Of a stretch of 11,283 bases of DNA, positions 1 through 6,922 are shown in pieces. This stretch comes from Candidatus Fraserbacteria bacterium. Lineage in GTDB: Bacteria > Bipolaricaulota > Bipolaricaulia > RBG-16-55-9 > JANLFV01. Where the stretch lies: positions 1-11,283 of the forward strand of contig JBBIJD010000046.1 in assembly GCA_037446135.1 (NCBI GenBank). The letters run 5' to 3'. Positions within the stretch are counted from its first letter, which is position 1. Every line of letters starts with the position of its first letter. The notes beneath the pieces are model-generated. The model made no database searches, was not told where the DNA came from, and saw only the letters and a list, made by a program, of their open reading frames with translations. Position numbers and translations under genes: made by a program.

Positions 1-2
1 AG

Positions 3-296
3 GTTGAGTTCGATTGGGTGATCACTGCGGAGCAAGCGGGGAGCTATAAGCCTGCACCGGGGATCTTCAGGTTCGCCCTACGACGGATCGGCCTCCCCCC
101 GGAGAAGGTCCTGCATGTGGCCCAGAGCATTTACCATGACATCATCCCGGCGAAGCGGCTGGGCTTTGCGACCGTTTGGGTCAATAGGAGCGGAGGCCGT
201 GAGGGTTTTGGTGCGACCCCGAGGGCCCATGGCCGGCCCGACCTGGAGGTGCCGGACCTAGGGAGGCTCGTCTCGATCATGGGCTTCGCGCGATAG
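3..296 (+). CDS. HAD-superfamily hydrolase (haloacid dehalogenase type II-like), 5'-truncated by the window edge
   Basis: The frame is open from base 3: VEFDWVITAEQAGSYKPAPGIF...VLHVAQSIYHDIIPAKRLGFATVWVNR...PDLEVPDL. This matches HAD motif III (YKP) and the motif IV region (HVAQSxYHD) of type II haloacid dehalogenase-like proteins. Confidence 0.88.
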   Translation, partial: VEFDWVITAEQAGSYKPAPGIFRFALRRIGLPPEKVLHVAQSIYHDIIPAKRLGFATVWVNRSGGREGFGATPRAHGRPDLEVPDLGRLVSIMGFAR

Positions 297-317
297 GCCC
301 CTCGGGCTGAAGGGTGG

Positions 318-345
318 TTGTGGAGGAGCCGATCCTTATTATTCT
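318..345 (+). promoter_or_regulatory. Possible sigma70-type promoter for the EamA gene
   Basis: TTGTGG (318-323), 16 nt, TATTCT (340-345) in an AT-rich patch. GAGGG precedes the ATG at 361. The -35 match is weak. Confidence 0.3.
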
Positions 346-360
346 TAACGCGAGGGCTCA

Positions 361-1230
361 ATGAGGAAGGGGAGCCCAGGGGTCTATGGGGTCTTGCTCG
401 GCGCGGTGGCCATCCTCTCCTTCGGTTCGATCCTCATCAGGCTGACCCCCGTTCCAGCCCCGACGATCGCAGCCTACCGCTTGACCCTGGCGACACTGCT
501 ATTCGCCCCGCTTGCCTGGCGGGGGCGGGCCGAACTGAGAGGGCTCTCCGGACGGGATTTGGCCCTCTCGCTCGTGAGCGGGCTCTTCTTGGCATTGCAC
601 TTCATCACTTGGATCAGCTCTCTGAAATATACCTCGGTCGCCAGCTCGGTCGTCTTGGTCTCGACCAACCCAATCTTCGTGGGCCTGGGGAGCCGCTTCC
701 TCCTCCGAGAGAGGTTGGCCCCTTTGCTCATTGGGGGGATCACCATCTCCTTCGCCGGAGGGGTGCTCATCGGCTACAGCGACCTCCGGTTCGGCGGGGA
801 GGAGCTCATCGGGGATCTCTTGGCCCTCGGAGGAGCCCTCTTCGCCTCGGGCTATCTCCTCTTAGGGCGGCGGGTCCGCCGCAGAATTGGGCTGATCAAC
901 TACATCTTCGTCGTCTATGGCCTGGCCGCCGCTGTCCTGATGGCGATCGCCCTGATCTCGGGCCAGCCGCTCTTCGGCCACAGCGGGCGGGCCTATCTCT
1001 TCATGTTCCTCTTGGCCCTCGGCCCGCAGCTCCTCGGCCATAGCGGCCTCAATTGGTCGTTGCGCTACATCTCCGCAGCGACGGTCGCCGTGGCCACCCT
1101 CGGCGAGCCGGTCGGGGCGACGATCCTGGCCTATCTCATCCTCGGAGAGGGCCTAACCCCACTCCAGGCAGGCGGGGGACTCCTCATCCTGGTCGGGATC
1201 TATCTTGCTTCCAGGGCAGCGAAAGACTAA
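361..1230 (+). CDS. DMT-superfamily (EamA-type) transporter, 289 aa
   Basis: About 10 hydrophobic segments in two repeats, with EamA-like motifs ALHFITWISSLKYTSVASSVVLVSTNPIFV, LLRE, GDLLALGGA, GHSGLNWSLRY and LGEPVGATILAYLILGE. Confidence 0.93.
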   Translation: MRKGSPGVYGVLLGAVAILSFGSILIRLTPVPAPTIAAYRLTLATLLFAPLAWRGRAELRGLSGRDLALSLVSGLFLALHFITWISSLKYTSVASSVVLVSTNPIFVGLGSRFLLRERLAPLLIGGITISFAGGVLIGYSDLRFGGEELIGDLLALGGALFASGYLLLGRRVRRRIGLINYIFVVYGLAAAVLMAIALISGQPLFGHSGRAYLFMFLLALGPQLLGHSGLNWSLRYISAATVAVATLGEPVGATILAYLILGEGLTPLQAGGGLLILVGIYLASRAAKD

Positions 1231-1260
1231 GGGCCCTCGGCCTGACCTGAGGGCCCTTTC
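1229..1260 (+). terminator. Stem-loop directly after the EamA stop, probable terminator
   Basis: Perfect 10-bp inverted repeat AAGGGCCCTC (1229-1238) / GAGGGCCCTT (1249-1258). The T run is short (TTT). Confidence 0.5.
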
Positions 1261-1328
1261 CACTGGGCTTTCGCAGTGGTGGGAATAAGAGTAGAGGGAC
1301 AACCCCAGTATACTAGTGCCCGCCGGAT

Positions 1329-1357
1329 TTGACTGTGATCCCGATCACCTTTAGGCT
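1329..1357 (+). promoter_or_regulatory. Sigma70-type promoter for the DUF355-deacetylase operon
   Basis: TTGACT (1329-1334), 17 nt, TAGGCT (1352-1357). SD AGGAGGT at 1384-1390 precedes the ATG at 1401. Confidence 0.65.
1334..1349. promoter_or_regulatory. Palindromic operator, CRP/FNR-family-like (TGTGA-N6-TCAC)
   Basis: TGTGATCCCGATCACC contains the inverted repeat GTGATC-CC-GATCAC and matches 13/16 positions of the CRP consensus TGTGATCTAGATCACA. It occupies the -35/-10 spacer. Confidence 0.5.
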
Positions 1358-1400
1358 GGGCCGGGGGCTAAGGCCCCGGCTGAAGGAGGTAGAAGATAAG

Positions 1401-1883
1401 ATGGAGTTGCTGACAGTGCAGATCGAGAAGCCGCCTGAGGTCAACCTCATCTTGGGCCAAAGCCACTTCATCAAGACAGTCGAGGACCTGCATGAGGCGC
1501 TGGTGACCGCGGTCCCGGGGATCAAGTTCGGACTGGCCTTCTGCGAATCCAGCGGCCCGGCCCTCGTCCGCTGGAGCGGGACTGATGAGGGGTTGGTGGA
1601 GCTGGCGAGGAAGAATGCCCTCGCCCTCGGCGCAGGCCATAGCTTCATCATCTTCTTGAGGGGGGCCTATCCGATCAATGTCCTCAACGCGATCAAGATG
1701 GTCCCCGAGGTCTGCCGGATCTTCTGCGCCACGGCCAATCCGGTCGAGGTGATCCTAGCGGAGACAGAGCAGGGCCGAGGGGTCCTGGGCGTGATCGATG
1801 GGGTCCGATCCAAGGGGATCGAGACCGAAGAGGAGGCTGCGGAGCGGAAGAGCTTCCTGCGGAAGATCGGCTACAAGCTCTGA
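1401..1883 (+). CDS. DUF355 / adenosine-specific kinase family protein (PAE2307-like), 160 aa
   Basis: Family motifs NLILGQSHFIKTVEDL, FGLAFCESSG, GAGHSF, YPINVLN, VPEVCRIFCATANP, GRGVLGVIDG and C-terminal LRKIGYKL. The true start is the ATG at 1401 (SD AGGAGGT), not the TTG at 1329. Confidence 0.92.
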   Translation: MELLTVQIEKPPEVNLILGQSHFIKTVEDLHEALVTAVPGIKFGLAFCESSGPALVRWSGTDEGLVELARKNALALGAGHSFIIFLRGAYPINVLNAIKMVPEVCRIFCATANPVEVILAETEQGRGVLGVIDGVRSKGIETEEEAAERKSFLRKIGYKL

Positions 1884-1896
1884 TCTGTCTGGCTCG

Positions 1897-2796
1897 ATGG
1901 TCCCGACCTTCTATTCCGATCACTATCCGGCCCGACTCCCCGAGGGCCATCCCTTCAAGCTCGAGAAGTATCGCACGATCCGCCAGCAGTTGATTGAGGA
2001 GGAGATCATCCCCGAGGACTGGCTGAGGGAGGCCGAGCCGGTCGATCCTCGGATCTTAGGGCTGGTCCATACCGCCGAGTATCTCCGGCGGGTCTTCGCG
2101 GGGGAGCTGAGCCGAGAGGAGCTCCGCCGGCTCGGCCTCCCCTGGTCCGAGGGGCTGGTCCGGCGGGCCGCGGCCTCCGTGGGAGGGACGATCGAGGCCG
2201 CCTGGGCCGCCTTGGAAAATGGCCTGGGAGTGAACCTCGGCGGAGGGACCCATCATGCCTTCCCCGACCGCGGGGAGGCCTTCTGCCTGTTCAACGATCT
2301 CGCCATCGCCATCCGCTTGCTCCAGCAGCGGAAGGCTGTCCGAAAGGTCGGGATCATCGACCTCGATGCCCACCAAGGGGACGGGACGGCGACGATCCTC
2401 CGCTATGACCAGAGCATCTTCATCTTCGACATCTACTGCGAGGCGAACTTCCCGCTGAAGAAGGTCAGGGCCGATATCGGGGTCGGGCTACCTGAAGGGG
2501 CTAAGGACGAGGAGTATCTCCAGCAACTGGAGCGCCATCTCCCGCGGGTCTTCCAGTTCAAGCCGGAGCTCGTCCTCTATCAGGCGGGGGTCGATCCCCT
2601 GAAAGGGGATGCACTCGGGGGGCTCGCCTTAAGCCATGAGGGGCTCATGGAGCGGGATCGGCTCGTCCTCGAGGGCTGCCAAAAGGCCGGGGTCCCGGTC
2701 GTCATCACCCTTGGCGGGGGCTACGCCAAGCCCCTCAGCGAGACGATCAAGGCCCATCTGAACACCATCCGCGTGGCCCGCAGGCTCTTCATCTAG
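1897..2796 (+). CDS. Zn-dependent histone deacetylase family protein (class IV/HDAC11-like bacterial group), 299 aa
   Basis: Motifs HPFxLEKY, GGTHHA, FCLFND, DLDAHQGDGT, NFP, YQAGVD and GGGY are present. The ATG at 1897 lies 13 nt after the DUF355 stop. Confidence 0.93.
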   Translation: MVPTFYSDHYPARLPEGHPFKLEKYRTIRQQLIEEEIIPEDWLREAEPVDPRILGLVHTAEYLRRVFAGELSREELRRLGLPWSEGLVRRAAASVGGTIEAAWAALENGLGVNLGGGTHHAFPDRGEAFCLFNDLAIAIRLLQQRKAVRKVGIIDLDAHQGDGTATILRYDQSIFIFDIYCEANFPLKKVRADIGVGLPEGAKDEEYLQQLERHLPRVFQFKPELVLYQAGVDPLKGDALGGLALSHEGLMERDRLVLEGCQKAGVPVVITLGGGYAKPLSETIKAHLNTIRVARRLFI

Positions 2797-2968
2797 GCTG
2801 CTCGAAGAGCGGCGGGAGGGCGAACCCGATAAGGAAACCGATCCCCAGGCCGAAGAGCGCTCCGAATAAGATGTCCCCAAAGAAGGCGCTACTGATCAGC
2901 CCGACGAGGAGCCCGACCCCGGCCATCGCTCCCCCGGACTTCCCTCGTGCCTTCAGCCACTCGGCCAA
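2789..2968 (-). CDS. Small glycine-zipper membrane protein, 59 aa (not in the ORF track)
   Basis: TTG start at 2968 after AGAGGGGG. Translation: MAEWLKARGKSGGAMAGVGLLVGLISSAFFGDILFGALFGLGIGFLIGFALPPLFEQPR*. It fills the gap after the transglutaminase gene, and its stop overlaps the convergent deacetylase gene end by 8 nt. Confidence 0.72.
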   Translation of the reverse strand: MAEWLKARGKSGGAMAGVGLLVGLISSAFFGDILFGALFGLGIGFLIGFALPPLFEQPR

Positions 2969-2995
2969 CTTGCCCCCTCTCGATCGATCAAGAAG

Positions 2996-4027
2996 TTAAG
3001 GCCCGGACCAAACGGTCACCCACTCTTCTCGGACCAGCATAGCTCCATCCCCTTGGGCCGCGGCAATATAGCTGACCCCGAGATAGCTGGGATCGATATC
3101 ACCTCGATTGAAGATAAGTGCATGGCCATGAGAGCCAGCATACTCATGACTACCGCCGTCCCAGGTAGGATCGAAGGGGACCCAGCCATAACCGGGGAGG
3201 TAGACCTCGGCCCAGCGATGGTTGTAGCGATCGATGAAGGTCCCATTGAAGGCTCCTCGCGGGATGTAGACCGACCCACCGGCATAGCGCGCGGGGAGGC
3301 CGACAGCTCGAGCTAGGGCGATGAATAAGAAGGTAAACTCGCTGCAGGAGCCGCTCCTCCGGCGCAAGACCGTCGGGGCATCGTCCCATTCCCCATCGAG
3401 GTCGTAGCTGAGCGTCCTTGCCACGAAGTCGTGGATCCGCAGGGCCATCAGGTAGGGGTTCTTCTCCTTCCCGACGACCTCCCTTGCCGTAGCGACGATC
3501 AGCGGGTCGCTGATCCGGTAATAAGGCCCATCGGCGGTGTAGAGGCTGCGGACCTCTTCTGGGACCTCCTCGAGCCCTCCGACCCGGCCAGGCTCGATGG
3601 CGTAGCCTATCCTCCAGAACTTCCCGAGGGCGGAGAGCTCGAGCGTGACAGTTTCCCCCGGCTCGAGCTCTCCGAACACAAAATCTGCGAGCCGCTGGCC
3701 ATAGCGATCCTCGAGGTAGCGGTCTGGCTCGCGGGACCAGCGGAGCTCCAGGAGCTCTTGCTCCGGCAGGTTCGGCGGGACGCTGATATAGATGTGGAGG
3801 TCCTCGATCCTTCCCGGGCCGGGATTGGTCCAGCTCGCCCGGAACTCCACTCGCTTCACCACTGGCTCGCGGAGGACCCACGGACTCCCATCGCTGGTGG
3901 CGAGCGCGACGAGAGCCGCCTGTTCTGGGCTAGGCCGCTCGGCCTGCTGGGGCTGATGCCAGAGACCAAAGGCGAGCCCGACCAGCAGTGGCAGCAGGAG
4001 CAGGAGGAAAACCTTAAGGCGATTCAT
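2996..4027 (-). CDS. Transglutaminase-like domain protein with N-terminal signal/membrane anchor, 343 aa
   Basis: Cys-His-Asp triad motifs GSCSEFTFLFIALARAVGLPARY, HRWAEVYLPGYGW and PFDPTW. The N-terminus MNRLKVFLLLLLPLLVGLAFGLW is hydrophobic. SD GGAGG lies inside the gpsA 3' end. Confidence 0.9.
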   Translation of the reverse strand: MNRLKVFLLLLLPLLVGLAFGLWHQPQQAERPSPEQAALVALATSDGSPWVLREPVVKRVEFRASWTNPGPGRIEDLHIYISVPPNLPEQELLELRWSREPDRYLEDRYGQRLADFVFGELEPGETVTLELSALGKFWRIGYAIEPGRVGGLEEVPEEVRSLYTADGPYYRISDPLIVATAREVVGKEKNPYLMALRIHDFVARTLSYDLDGEWDDAPTVLRRRSGSCSEFTFLFIALARAVGLPARYAGGSVYIPRGAFNGTFIDRYNHRWAEVYLPGYGWVPFDPTWDGGSHEYAGSHGHALIFNRGDIDPSYLGVSYIAAAQGDGAMLVREEWVTVWSGP

Positions 4028-5033
4028 TCGGTTCCCTCCATTCCATCTTCGGCTCGCGGGTCATCAGCTCGTCCAGCTTCTCCAAGGAGTGAGCCCCCTC
4101 ATAGAGGATCGCGTAGACTGCCTCAGTGATCGGCATCTCCACCCCCAGCCGGCGGGCCAGCTCCCTCACCGCTCTTGTGGCATAGACCCCTTCGGCGACC
4201 ATCTCCATCTCTGCTAGGATAGCATCGAGCCGCTCGCCCCGGCCAATCCGGTAGCCGACCAACCTGTTCCGGCTGTGCTGGGAGGTGCAGGTCGTGACTA
4301 GATCCCCCAGTCCGGAGAGGCCGAAGAGGGTCTCCCTCCTCGCTCCGAGGCGGATCGCTAAGCGGACCATCTCCACCAAGCCGCGGGCGATCAGCGCACC
4401 CTTCGCGTTGTCCCCGTAGCCGAGCCCGTCGGAGATCCCCGCGGCCAGCGCAATGATGTTCTTCACCGCCCCGCCATACTCGACTCCCACAAGATCATCG
4501 GAGAGGTAGACCCTGAACCGCTCGGTCATCAGGGCCTCCTGGAGCCGTCTTCCCAGCTCAAGGTCCTCACCGGCGATGACCACCGTCGTGGGGAAATCCC
4601 TCCCCACCTCTTCGGCGTGGCTCGGGCCAGAGAGGGTAAAGATCGGCCTGGGGCCCAATTCCTCCCGGAGGACCTCGGACATCCTCTTCCCGCTCCCTTG
4701 CTCAAGTCCCTTGGCCAAGTTGATGAAGGCGAGTTCCCAGGCTTGGGCTGGCAAGAGGCCGGCGAGCCGCCGGGCCAGCTCGCGCATGGCGAAGCTCGGG
4801 ACGGCCAGGACGAGGACCTCCCCGAAATCCTCGACCCCTTCGAGGTCTGAGAAGATCATCAAGTCCCTCGGGAGCTTGACCCCTGGGAGGTATTTCTTAT
4901 TCTCCCGCTCCTTTGCCATCTTTTGGGCTAGGGCGGGGTCCCGGACCCAAAGCCTGGTGCGATGGCCCTTCTTGGCGAGGAGCCTGGCAATCGCCGTCCC
5001 CCAGCCGCCCCCGCCGAGCACGACGAAGTCCAT
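4014..5033 (-). CDS. gpsA: NAD(P)H-dependent glycerol-3-phosphate dehydrogenase
   Basis: Rossmann GGGGWGTA, ENKKYLPG, AVPS, AKGLE, LSGPSHAEEV, GVEYGGAVKNIIALAAGISDGLGYGDNAK, GLGDLVTTCTSQHSRN and VAEGV. Confidence 0.96.
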   Translation of the reverse strand: MDFVVLGGGGWGTAIARLLAKKGHRTRLWVRDPALAQKMAKERENKKYLPGVKLPRDLMIFSDLEGVEDFGEVLVLAVPSFAMRELARRLAGLLPAQAWELAFINLAKGLEQGSGKRMSEVLREELGPRPIFTLSGPSHAEEVGRDFPTTVVIAGEDLELGRRLQEALMTERFRVYLSDDLVGVEYGGAVKNIIALAAGISDGLGYGDNAKGALIARGLVEMVRLAIRLGARRETLFGLSGLGDLVTTCTSQHSRNRLVGYRIGRGERLDAILAEMEMVAEGVYATRAVRELARRLGVEMPITEAVYAILYEGAHSLEKLDELMTREPKMEWREPNESP

Positions 5034-5045
5034 CCCCTCGCTCAG

Positions 5046-6215
5046 TCAGTTGGCCGAGCCGGTGGGGCAGGGGCAGAGGCTCCCCAGGTGCTCCTCGATC
5101 CAGGCGCGGGCGGCCTGGAGTTGCGCTTCCTCTCCACTTACGGGGATGTCGGGGACGAGGCCGAGGTCCTGGACCCGATGGCCGTTAGGGGTCGTATATT
5201 CCGCGGTCGTGATGATCACCGCCGAGCCGTCGCTCAGGGTAAAGGGGGTCTGGATCAGGCCCTTCCCGAAGGTCGGCTCCCCGACCAGGACGCCCATCCG
5301 GTGGTCCTGGATCGCCCCGGCCAGGATCTCCGCCGCCGAGGCGGTCCCCCGATCGATCAGGACCGCCACGGGCAGGTTGGGGAGGTTGTTCCCCTGGGTC
5401 GGATAGGCCCTGGTGGTATATCGATCGGTGCTCTTAAGGATGGCTCCTTCATCGATGAACCTGCTCGCTACGGCGATAGCCTCATCGAGGAGCCCGCCGG
5501 GGTTGCCCCGGAGATCGAGGATCAGCCCGCCGATCCCGGCGGCCAGCAGGTCCCCGAGCGCCTGGTCGAACTCCCGCTCGGCCTTCCGGTTGAAGGTCGT
5601 GAGGCGGATGTAGCCAATACCCTCCTCCTCAAGGCGGTAGTCCACAGGATCGACCACGATGACCTCGCGGATGATCGTGACCTCTTCGATCGCCCCATCG
5701 AGGTGCTGGACCTTAAGGGTCACGGGCGTCCCCGACTCCCCACGGAGGAGCGCGACGGCCTCGTCGAGGGTGAGCCCCTCGGTCGAGCGGCCGTCGATCT
5801 CCAGAATAATGTCCCCGGCCCGGACACCGGCCCGCTCCGCCGGTGAGCCGGCCAAGGGGGCGATCACCACGACCCGCCCGTCACGGATCGCGATCTGGAC
5901 CCCGATCCCAATGAACTCCCCCTCGAGATCGATGCTGTTGAACCGCTGATACTCCTCGGGCGTGAGGAACCGGGAGTAGGGGTCATCGAGCCCCTCGACC
6001 AGCCCCCGGATCGCGCCGTAGAGGAGTTCCCGCTCGTTGAGCCTCTCGGTGTAGTAGAAGTTGGCCTTGATCCGCTCGTAGGCCTGAAAGAGCGGCCCGA
6101 AGAGGCCGTTCCCCACCTGCCCCCTCGTCGCGGTGATATTCCAGAGCCCCAGCCCGACGATGACCGCGACCAAGATAACCAAGCCCAAACCGATCCGATT
6201 CGATTTGTTCTCCAT
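5046..6215 (-). CDS. ctpA: S41A carboxyl-terminal processing protease (PDZ plus tail-specific protease domain), 389 aa
   Basis: N-terminal TM, LDDPYSRF, PDZ GIGVQI...GSPAERAGVRAGD, IGYIRL, LILDLRGNPGG, catalytic TASAAE (Ser) and TFGKG (Lys), YTTPNG. Confidence 0.93.
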   Translation of the reverse strand: MENKSNRIGLGLVILVAVIVGLGLWNITATRGQVGNGLFGPLFQAYERIKANFYYTERLNERELLYGAIRGLVEGLDDPYSRFLTPEEYQRFNSIDLEGEFIGIGVQIAIRDGRVVVIAPLAGSPAERAGVRAGDIILEIDGRSTEGLTLDEAVALLRGESGTPVTLKVQHLDGAIEEVTIIREVIVVDPVDYRLEEEGIGYIRLTTFNRKAEREFDQALGDLLAAGIGGLILDLRGNPGGLLDEAIAVASRFIDEGAILKSTDRYTTRAYPTQGNNLPNLPVAVLIDRGTASAAEILAGAIQDHRMGVLVGEPTFGKGLIQTPFTLSDGSAVIITTAEYTTPNGHRVQDLGLVPDIPVSGEEAQLQAARAWIEEHLGSLCPCPTGSAN

Positions 6216-6240
6216 CGCTCAGCTCAACCCCTTCGGGCTG

Positions 6241-6269
6241 ATCTTAACAGCCTGCGGAGGGGGTTTCAA
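6241..6269 (-). promoter_or_regulatory. Promoter for the ctpA-gpsA operon
   Basis: On the minus strand: TTGAAA (6269-6264), 17 nt, TAAGAT (6246-6241), preceded by TGn (extended -10). Confidence 0.6.
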
Positions 6270-6293
6270 CTCCACCCCGCCGGTCGCTAATCT
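6265..6293 (+). promoter_or_regulatory. Promoter for yigZ-ruvA, probably leaderless
   Basis: TTCAAC (6265-6270), 17 nt, TAATCT (6288-6293), 6 nt, ATG at 6300. There is no SD. Confidence 0.5.
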
Positions 6294-6299
6294 TAAGTG

Positions 6300-6911
6300 A
6301 TGGACCACTACAAGACGATCCGGGCCACGGCCTCAGCCAAACTGGTCCGAAAGGGCTCGCGGTTCTTGGCCCTGGCCTTCCCGGTCGCGAGCCCTGCGGA
6401 GGCGGAGGAGGTTTTGGAGGAGATCAAGCGGCACTATCATGATGCGACCCATCATTGCTACGCCTATCGCCTCATCACGAAAGATACGGTCATCGCCCGG
6501 ACCGACGACGCCAGTGAGCCGGCGGGCTCGGCCGGGCGACCGATCCTCCAGGCCCTTGAAGCGCAGGACTTATTAAACACACTTGTTGTTGTGGTCCGCT
6601 ACTTCGGCGGGACGAAACTAGGGATCGGCGGCCTGATCCGTGCCTACGGCGATGCGGCCAGGGAGGCTCTCGCTCAGGCAGAGATCATCACCCGAATCCG
6701 AAAGGAGCGACTCCACCTTTGCTACCCGCCGGAGCTGACCGGCGAGGTGCTGCGAGTGGTCAACCAATATCCCGCTGAGATCGAGGGACAAGCTTATAGT
6801 GAGAGTGTGACATTGACAGTCCTGCTACCAACCTCGCAGGCTGAAGAGTTCCGCCGGGCAGTGCGTGAGGCAACCTCCGGTCGAGTTGAGTTCGCCGAAC
6901 CCTGCGAATAG
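6300..6911 (+). CDS. yigZ: YigZ / IMPACT family protein
   Basis: KGSRFLA, HDATHHCYAYR, DDASEPAGSAGRPIL, VVVVRYFGGTKLGIGGLIRAY, plus a C-terminal ferredoxin-like region. The start is the ATG at 6300 or the GTG at 6297. Confidence 0.93.
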   Translation: MDHYKTIRATASAKLVRKGSRFLALAFPVASPAEAEEVLEEIKRHYHDATHHCYAYRLITKDTVIARTDDASEPAGSAGRPILQALEAQDLLNTLVVVVRYFGGTKLGIGGLIRAYGDAAREALAQAEIITRIRKERLHLCYPPELTGEVLRVVNQYPAEIEGQAYSESVTLTVLLPTSQAEEFRRAVREATSGRVEFAEPCE

Positions 6912-6922
6912 AATCGTCAGGG

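Noticed and set aside
294..310. Loose motif GCCC(C)TCGG(G/C)CTGA after stops at 296 and 1230 and near 6228, as a possible REP-like repeat
   Set aside because: It is short, degenerate and GC-rich with only about three copies, so it cannot be told from chance without a genome-wide count.
318..1043. 241-aa alternative-frame ORF over the EamA gene
   Set aside because: It is a same-strand shadow of a well-supported gene, is rich in Arg/Pro/Gly, and has no motifs. This is typical of high-GC DNA.
1255..1320. Cobalamin-riboswitch-like CCACTG...GGGAA fragment
   Set aside because: The other conserved elements are missing, CCACTG pairs locally with CAGTGG, and the downstream genes are not B12-related.
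1329..1400. N-terminal extension of DUF355 from TTG 1329 (likewise deacetylase from 1798 and MFS from 7981)
   Set aside because: The extensions run through promoters or the upstream gene, and family similarity begins at 1401, 1897 and 8104.
3150..5846. Long overlapping or antisense ORFs (3150-3881, 3431-4129, 4576-5406, 4962-5846)
   Set aside because: They lie over genes with clear family motifs and have no recognisable domains. Stop-codon scarcity in GC-rich sequence explains them.
6894..6911. Cys/Pro-containing C-termini shared by YigZ (AEPCE), the MFS (SAPCLP) and CtpA (LCPCP) as a common tag
   Set aside because: The proteins are unrelated, sit in different compartments and share no fixed spacing, so coincidence is most likely.
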